From Candidatus Woesearchaeota archaeon B3_Woes (GTDB lineage Archaea; Nanobdellota; Nanobdellia; Woesearchaeales; B3-WOES): a stretch of 64,000 nucleotides of DNA. The notes below the pieces were generated by a model. That model saw only the letters and a list, made by a program, of their open reading frames with translations. It was not told where the DNA came from and did not search any database. Numbering within the stretch: the first letter of the stretch is position 1; the number at the start of each line of letters is the position of its first letter. Shown here in pieces: positions 56,191 to 64,000 of this stretch. The translations under genes and the position numbers were made by a program. The stretch covers positions 896,167 to 960,166 of the forward strand of contig NJBG01000001.1 of NCBI GenBank assembly GCA_005222965.1. The letters run 5' to 3'.

Positions 56191-57450
56191 TTAACTCCAC
56201 TTCTCTAAAGCCTTTTTTAATTCTGAATGAGAAATTGCATATTTTTTCAAACTCTTTTTCTTTAATACAGCATCAACAGCCTGTCTTGCTGCTTGTGCAC
56301 CTTTTAAAGTTCCCAGAGGATGGCCATGAATCCCTCCACCCATCTGAATAATTATATTCTTTCCCATCATCTTAATTAAATCAGGAACCATTCCAGGATG
56401 TAATCCACCAGAACAAACAGCAAAAGTTGGTTTTAGATTATACCATCTTTGCTCTAAACAATGAATATTTTTATTTGGCTGTACAATTCTTTCCTCAATC
56501 TCAATCTCACATCCCATAACTTCAGCAGAAGAACCTTCCATTTTTCCAACAACAGTTCCTATATGAAGCTGATCAACACCAACTAATCTAGATAATTTAG
56601 AAATTGTCAGCATTGAAATACCATGTTTAGGATTTCTGGTTAAAGCAGCATGCATTGCTCTGTGAGCATGAATAACCAATCCTAAATTAAGGTTTCTTAT
56701 TGTTTGTACAGCACTCCAACCAGCTGTTAAAATATCAATCATAATGTATCTTCCACCAGATTTCTTTACAAACTCTGCTCTTTTTATCATCTCTTGAGTT
56801 TCAGCAGTTATATTAGGCATGTAAACCTTTTTTTCACCAGTCATATCCTCTGCCTTGTTTCTTGCATCTATTGTATGAATAACCCTGTCTTCAAATCTGT
56901 TAAATGACTGATCTGTTAAATTCTCATCATCTTTTACAACATCACAACCACCAACCCAGGCGTGTTTAGCTACTTGTGCGTGCTCTTTTGCACTTAACCC
57001 AACCTTTGGTTTTACAATTGTTCCAACTAAAGGTCTATTTTTAACTCCTACTATCTTCCTAACACCTTGAATCCCAAAAGCAGGCCCTTTATATTTATCA
57101 ACAATCTTTTTTGGCAGACTTATATCTTCTAATCTCAAATTTTTAAGAAGTTTCATTCCAAAAACATTTCCTGCAACAGCACTTAGTATCTGAGGAATAT
57201 TATCATATTCAAAAAGTTCAGGAGGATAAGCAATTTTTATGTAACTTCCTTTTATTGAAAATACAGTTGGCTTTAATTTTTTAGCAATCTTTGGACTCAT
57301 AGTTACAATACTAGTCCATGTTCCAATAGAAGATTCAGCTGCAATCTGTTCAGCAGCTTCACTCACAGAAATCTTATTTGGTTCAACAAAGTATTCCACA
57401 ATAACATCATCAAGAGAAGGTTTGTATTTAAGATCAATATAATTAAGCAT
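56191..57450 (-). CDS. rbcL: ribulose-1,5-bisphosphate carboxylase/oxygenase large subunit, form III (archaeal type)
   Basis: VKPKVGLS, GGCDVVKDDENLTDQ and the C-terminal GGGIHGHP motifs. 419 aa. No small-subunit gene is adjacent. Confidence 0.9.
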   Translation of the reverse strand: MLNYIDLKYKPSLDDVIVEYFVEPNKISVSEAAEQIAAESSIGTWTSIVTMSPKIAKKLKPTVFSIKGSYIKIAYPPELFEYDNIPQILSAVAGNVFGMKLLKNLRLEDISLPKKIVDKYKGPAFGIQGVRKIVGVKNRPLVGTIVKPKVGLSAKEHAQVAKHAWVGGCDVVKDDENLTDQSFNRFEDRVIHTIDARNKAEDMTGEKKVYMPNITAETQEMIKRAEFVKKSGGRYIMIDILTAGWSAVQTIRNLNLGLVIHAHRAMHAALTRNPKHGISMLTISKLSRLVGVDQLHIGTVVGKMEGSSAEVMGCEIEIEERIVQPNKNIHCLEQRWYNLKPTFAVCSGGLHPGMVPDLIKMMGKNIIIQMGGGIHGHPLGTLKGAQAARQAVDAVLKKKSLKKYAISHSELKKALEKWS

Positions 57451-57653
57451 TCTTCACCTCTTTTTTAATTTTAGTGATTTAAGAGCTATATAAATGTTGC
57501 TAAATTAAGACTATTAAACACTTATTTATCCTCTTGATAGATGTTATACTAAATTGAAAAAGGACAAATTGGTGAATAGGGCAAGAATCTTTGTTACTCT
57601 ATAGAAGATACATAATAGAAACATTTATATCTAATTGTAAGATACTAGTTAAT

Positions 57654-58130
57654 ATGGCAAATATTAGAGTAACTAAAGATGATATTGAAGCATTGGAAGA
57701 TAAAGCAGAGTTAGCATATGAAGTTCTTAAACTTGCAGTAAATGATCCAAGACCTTGGAAATATTCTTCTGCTAAATGTCTTTATGAGAATGACCTTGGA
57801 AATTGTCTTTCAAATTTAGTTAGACCCACAAGGCATGTTGAGTTGCTAAATAAAGGCGGTAAACGAAGTGAAAAAATTGAAAAATTTATTCTACAATATG
57901 TCCTCATGATTTGTACATCATCAGCAAAAGAGGGTGGTTATAAAATAGAAATTACTGAAAATGTTGATGATGGTATGGGCGGTTTAAAAGCCTATATTGA
58001 TGCTGAGGATGATTTAAGTTCTGGAGAGGGCGAAGTTTACAGATTAATTTCTCATAAAGCTTTTGAATTAAGAGATTCAGGAAAACATGCATTAATATTG
58101 AAAGCTATTGAATATGTAAGAGATAAATAA
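57654..58130 (+). CDS. hypothetical protein
   Basis: ORF from MANIRVTKDD. 158 aa. Confidence 0.35.
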   Translation: MANIRVTKDDIEALEDKAELAYEVLKLAVNDPRPWKYSSAKCLYENDLGNCLSNLVRPTRHVELLNKGGKRSEKIEKFILQYVLMICTSSAKEGGYKIEITENVDDGMGGLKAYIDAEDDLSSGEGEVYRLISHKAFELRDSGKHALILKAIEYVRDK

Positions 58131-58200
58131 TTCTCCTGATAAAACAATTTTGCTTTGCAAATAGAAAATATTTTTAAACTAAACCTTTATCTTTATTCTT

Positions 58201-58878
58201 ATGCAAAGAGTTCAAAAATTACTCAGTAACTATGGGTATTGTAGTAGACGAAAAGCTGAAGAATTAATTATAGCTGGAAAAGTAAAAGTAAATAATAAAA
58301 CAATAACAATTGGAGACAAAGCATCAGAAGAGGATAAGATTTCAGTTGATGGAAAAACAGTAAATAAAGAAAAAAAAGTATATTTAATGTTGAATAAACC
58401 AGTAAAATGCGTAACAGCACTTAATGACCCTAACCATACTACTGTTATGAAATATATTAATGTCAAAGAAAGAGTTTTTCCAATTGGAAGATTGGATTTT
58501 TATACTTCTGGATTATTACTTTTAACTAACGATGGAGATTTTGCAAATAATATTATGCATCCACGATATGAAATAAAAAAAACATATCAGGTTGAACTAG
58601 ACAAACCAATAACTAAAGATTCTCTAATTGAAATTGAGAAAGGAATAGACTTAGAAGATGGAAAAACTTCACCTGCAAAAGTAAAAAAAATAAAAGATAA
58701 TATTGTTGAAATTACAATTCATGAAGGAAGAAACAGAATCATTAGAAGAATGGTTAAAAAATTAGGATATAGTGTTAAATCTTTAGAAAGAATAAAAATT
58801 GGGAATTTAAGTCTAGGAACTCTAGACCAAGGAGAATATAGAGAATTAACAAAACAAGAAAAAAATATTTCGTTCTAG
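58201..58878 (+). CDS. S4-domain pseudouridine synthase, RsuA/RluB family
   Basis: N-terminal S4 motif (RVQKLLSNYGYCSRRKAEELI) and the catalytic PIGRLDFYTSGLLLLTNDG aspartate motif. Confidence 0.75.
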   Translation: MQRVQKLLSNYGYCSRRKAEELIIAGKVKVNNKTITIGDKASEEDKISVDGKTVNKEKKVYLMLNKPVKCVTALNDPNHTTVMKYINVKERVFPIGRLDFYTSGLLLLTNDGDFANNIMHPRYEIKKTYQVELDKPITKDSLIEIEKGIDLEDGKTSPAKVKKIKDNIVEITIHEGRNRIIRRMVKKLGYSVKSLERIKIGNLSLGTLDQGEYRELTKQEKNISF

Positions 58879-58906
58879 TTTGTGAAGAACAAACCACTTT
58901 AGAAAT

Positions 58907-60619
58907 CTAATGCCCTTCATGTTTAGGATGTTCATGTCCTCTCTTTTTCTTAGTTCTTAAATTTTCAATATGAGCAACTTTTTCTTTTAGAAATTTATTA
59001 AAACCTAGTCCATACTTTTCAATCAATGTAGAGGCATGACTTCCTCCTAAAAAGTGAGGCATAATTACATAAGTAGCACCTTTATCATATAATTCTAAAG
59101 CCTCATCAATCTGATGAGAAACAACAATTATAATCGCTTTTTTATTAGACTCTCTAATTTTATTAATTAATAAAAGATTTGTATCAAAGTCAGGTATTGT
59201 TGAATATATCATCTTAGCTTTTGAAAAACTCAATTCATTTAATAATTCTGGATCGCTGGCATCACCATATCTGCAATCAATTTTTTCTTTTGCAAGACCC
59301 CTTATTGTTTCTGGGTTATAGTCAATAACCAAAAATTTCTTTTTTATCTTTTTAAAAGATTCTATTAAATCATAACCAATCCGATTGCATCCAAAAAGAA
59401 TAATATCATAGAGGTCACGCTCGTGGTATTTATGTTCATCTACTTTACTTCCTCTTTTTTCAAAAATCTTCAAATATTTTGACAGATAGGGATATATCTT
59501 GTTTGCATAAATTATCATATAACTAGAACCCGCAATAGTTATTAAACCAATGACTGTTACTAATGACAAAATTTCATTTGTTAGATGACCTACTTGAACT
59601 CCTAATGCAACAAGGATTAAAGAGAATTCGCTGATTTGAGCCACAGTTAATCCAGCTAAGAAACTATTCCTTCTTGTATACCCAAGTAACCCCATTAATG
59701 TCATTACTATTATAGGATTTCCAATCAATATGAATATTGAAAGTGCGAGTATAGCAGGAATATACTGATGCATACTTGTAAAAACCATTTGAGAACCCAA
59801 TAATATAAAAAACAGAACAATAAAAAAATCACGTAAAGGTCGCATTCTAGAGCTAATTTCATAGCGATAAGGAGATAAAGATAATGTAACTCCTGCTAAT
59901 AAAGCCCCAATTTCCATTGAAAAATTAAAGTAATGAAAAAGAGAAGCTAATGCCAAACACCAACTAATTGAAAATAATAATAATAATTCTTGGGATTTCG
60001 CAAATAATTTGGTTACTTTTGGCAATATATAAACACCAACTAAAAATAATATTAATAACAAGCCAAATCCTTTCAAAATTATTTCAAAAATTAAAGTAGT
60101 GAAATCAAATCCAGTAGAAATTGACGAAATAACCATCAAAATGAGCATTACAATTAAGTCTTGAACAATTAAAAAACCTATAGCAATTTTCCCATATAAT
60201 GTCCCAATATCATCTTTGTCTGATAAAAGCTTCATAATAATTATAGTGCTACTGAATGCTAAAGCAATAGCAACATATATTGACGTTGTCGTAGAGAAAC
60301 CAAACAATTTACATATAAAAAAACCAATTAAGGAAGTGAATATAACTTGGCCAATTCCAGTAACTGAAGAAACCTTACCTACTTCTTTTATGACCTTAGG
60401 ACTTAAATTTAAACCAACAATAAAAAGAAGTAAAGCTATGCCCATACGTGAGAATATATCTATAGTTTCAGTTGAACTAATAATATTAAGAAAATAAGGT
60501 CCTGCTACTATACCGCTAAGAATATAGCCCACTATTAAAGGTTGTCTTAACAACCTCATCACCCCTGCAATTAGAGTAGTTATTATAATGATTATTCCTA
60601 TTTCAATTAATATTTCCAT
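58907..60619 (-). CDS. monovalent cation:proton antiporter (CPA2, Kef-type) with C-terminal RCK/TrkA-N domain
   Basis: 12-13 TM helices followed by a Rossmann GxGxxG (ILFGCNRIGYDL) RCK domain. 570 aa. Confidence 0.75.
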   Translation of the reverse strand: MEILIEIGIIIIITTLIAGVMRLLRQPLIVGYILSGIVAGPYFLNIISSTETIDIFSRMGIALLLFIVGLNLSPKVIKEVGKVSSVTGIGQVIFTSLIGFFICKLFGFSTTTSIYVAIALAFSSTIIIMKLLSDKDDIGTLYGKIAIGFLIVQDLIVMLILMVISSISTGFDFTTLIFEIILKGFGLLLILFLVGVYILPKVTKLFAKSQELLLLFSISWCLALASLFHYFNFSMEIGALLAGVTLSLSPYRYEISSRMRPLRDFFIVLFFILLGSQMVFTSMHQYIPAILALSIFILIGNPIIVMTLMGLLGYTRRNSFLAGLTVAQISEFSLILVALGVQVGHLTNEILSLVTVIGLITIAGSSYMIIYANKIYPYLSKYLKIFEKRGSKVDEHKYHERDLYDIILFGCNRIGYDLIESFKKIKKKFLVIDYNPETIRGLAKEKIDCRYGDASDPELLNELSFSKAKMIYSTIPDFDTNLLLINKIRESNKKAIIIVVSHQIDEALELYDKGATYVIMPHFLGGSHASTLIEKYGLGFNKFLKEKVAHIENLRTKKKRGHEHPKHEGH

Positions 60620-60891
60620 CTTTTAACTTTTATTTATTCAATAAGCTTATCAAAAATTAAGTAATAATTAGAATTCATATTATTTAAATGTTTTCATGTC
60701 TCACACATAATTTATTAAAATGGTTCCTTAGATTATTTTTCCATGTAATCCAGACGACACCAAAACCCCCAAAACAGCAGATACAGGCCTTCTACCTCTT
60801 GTTTTCAACCAAAAGCTTTATAAAGAATGCAACACTATTTTATACTATAATCTTACTAATTTTATACTCAAAAATTAGCCAAATTAGATAA

Positions 60892-62799
<1,908 letters not shown>

Positions 62800-62855
62800 T
62801 TTCCTCGCCAATTCCGAAACCTTTTTAAATACCCCACTTATCCAAAACATATCAA

Positions 62856-63596
62856 ATGGCAGACGTAAAATCAAAAAAGAAAAAATTTGTGCAGATAATA
62901 GCACCTAGACAATTTCATGAACAAGTCATAGGAGAAAGTTTAGTGGCTGATCCTAGATTACTTCTTGGAAGAAAAATAAAAGTAAATATGATGAGTCTAA
63001 CAGACAATCCAAAAAATCAAAACATTCAGATCAAATTCCACATTAATAATCTAAAAGGAGAAAATGTTTCAGCTGAAATAATTGGTTTTACTCTTTTACC
63101 AGCTTTTGTAAAAAGACTTGTTAGAAAAGATAAAAAAAGAGTTGATGATTGCTTTAAAGCACAAACAAGCGACAATAAAAAACTTACATTAAAAACTTTC
63201 TTATTAACACTAAACAAAACATCTAAATCTGTTTTAAAAGCATTAAGAAAACAGACACAAGAAACTCTAAAAGATAAAGTTAGTAAAATCTCTTATGATG
63301 AATTACTTAAGGAACTTTTCTCACATCAATTACAAAACGAAACAAGAAAAAAATTAGGAAAAGTATATCCTTTAAGACAATGTGAAATAAGAGATTTACA
63401 AGTTATTTCTGAGAAAAAACATGATGATGAAGAACAAGTCAAAGTAGAAAAACCAGCTCAGAAACAAGAAGAAAAAACTCCTAAAAAAGAAGAAAAGCCA
63501 AAGGAAGAAACAAAAGCAGAGAAAAAAGAAGCAAAACCTGAAGAAAAGCCTAAAGAAAAACCAAAAGAGGAAAAAAATGCCAAAACCGACAATTGA
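62856..63596 (+). CDS. rps3ae: 30S ribosomal protein S3Ae (S1e) with Lys/Glu/Pro-rich C-terminal extension
   Basis: N-terminus KKKKFVQIIAPRQFHEQVIGESLVADPRLLLGRKIKV matches the S3Ae core. A 60-aa low-complexity KPEEK tail follows. Confidence 0.7.
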   Translation: MADVKSKKKKFVQIIAPRQFHEQVIGESLVADPRLLLGRKIKVNMMSLTDNPKNQNIQIKFHINNLKGENVSAEIIGFTLLPAFVKRLVRKDKKRVDDCFKAQTSDNKKLTLKTFLLTLNKTSKSVLKALRKQTQETLKDKVSKISYDELLKELFSHQLQNETRKKLGKVYPLRQCEIRDLQVISEKKHDDEEQVKVEKPAQKQEEKTPKKEEKPKEETKAEKKEAKPEEKPKEKPKEEKNAKTDN

Positions 63597-63759
63597 TTAT
63601 AAAAAATGCACAAACTGCGGAACATGCATAGAAGTTTGTCCTGTAGATGTTTATGAAAAAAAAGGCGATAAAACAGTTGTAGCAAAACCAGATGATTGTA
63701 TTGGTTGTAAAGCCTGTGAAGTTCAGTGCCCTGAAAAAGCAATCACTGTTGAAGATTAA
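63577..63759 (+). CDS. 2x[4Fe-4S] ferredoxin
   Basis: CTNCGTCIEVCP and CIGCKACEVQCP cluster motifs. 60 aa. The 5' end overlaps the S3Ae tail by 20 nt. Confidence 0.75.
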   Translation: MPKPTIDYKKCTNCGTCIEVCPVDVYEKKGDKTVVAKPDDCIGCKACEVQCPEKAITVED

Positions 63760-63807
63760 TTCTTTCTAAATCTTTATAAATAAGATATATTTATTTGACA
63801 CTACTCC

Positions 63808-63880
63808 AGTCCCTTAGTGTAGTGGTCAAGCATAAATGGTTCTGGGCCATTTGACGGCAGTTCAAATCTGCCAGGGACTA
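63808..63880 (+). tRNA. tRNA-Gln (anticodon CTG)
   Basis: Acceptor AGTCCCT/AGGGACT, anticodon arm AATGG-TTCTGGG-CCATT, T-arm GGCAG-TTCAAAT-CTGCC. No intron. Confidence 0.7.
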
Positions 63881-64000
63881 TATTTATAAACTCTTAAAAC
63901 AATATAAACAATATGAAACTAATAGCGCAGGGAGCAGAAGCAAAATTATATCAGGATAAATCTAATCTAATTAAAGACAGGATTAAAAAGAGTTATAGAA

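Overview
AT-rich archaeal window (about 30% GC). The archaeal assignment rests on ribosomal proteins S17e and S3Ae, Alba, prefoldin, an EndoQ-like PHP nuclease, a form III RuBisCO and a tRNA with an anticodon-loop intron. It reads like a DPANN-type small genome (Woesearchaeota/Pacearchaeota-like), but no taxon can be proven from sequence alone. Genes are densely packed on both strands. Recognisable families include FtsY, ScpA, a P-type Ca2+-ATPase, a bacterial-type MetK, GyrB, a tandem Lrp/AsnC fusion, a cation/H+ antiporter with an RCK domain, a pseudouridine synthase, an M29 aminopeptidase, a HIT protein, nitroreductase, a HAD hydrolase and a GT2 glycosyltransferase. There are three tRNAs: Arg-TCG, Glu-TTC with a 46-nt intron, and Gln-CTG. 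Four regions deserve a second look. (1) A 3.9-kb insertion bounded by a 76-bp direct repeat that duplicates the 3' end of a full-length RelA/SpoT (RSH) gene. It carries two paralogous helical-repeat genes with identical 5' ends plus a tandem Lrp regulator, and no integrase. (2) A rearranged MoxR/DUF58/BatA-vWA operon with an AbrB-like gene at its head. Embedded in it are heavily sequon-rich secreted proteins built from an NQT octapeptide repeat and a recurrent 20-aa 4-Cys module (C-N-x-N-x-x-C-D-x-x-E-T-x-x-x-C-P-x-D-C). (3) A compositionally distinct three-gene block of unknown function (48981..53070) whose last gene carries an endonuclease-IV/xylose-isomerase-like TIM-barrel signature. (4) A 300-nt locus beside tRNA-Glu with tRNA-like ends and 7-bp terminal complementarity, possibly a multi-intron tRNA or a structured ncRNA. 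No CRISPR array, rRNA or recognisable integrase/transposase was seen.
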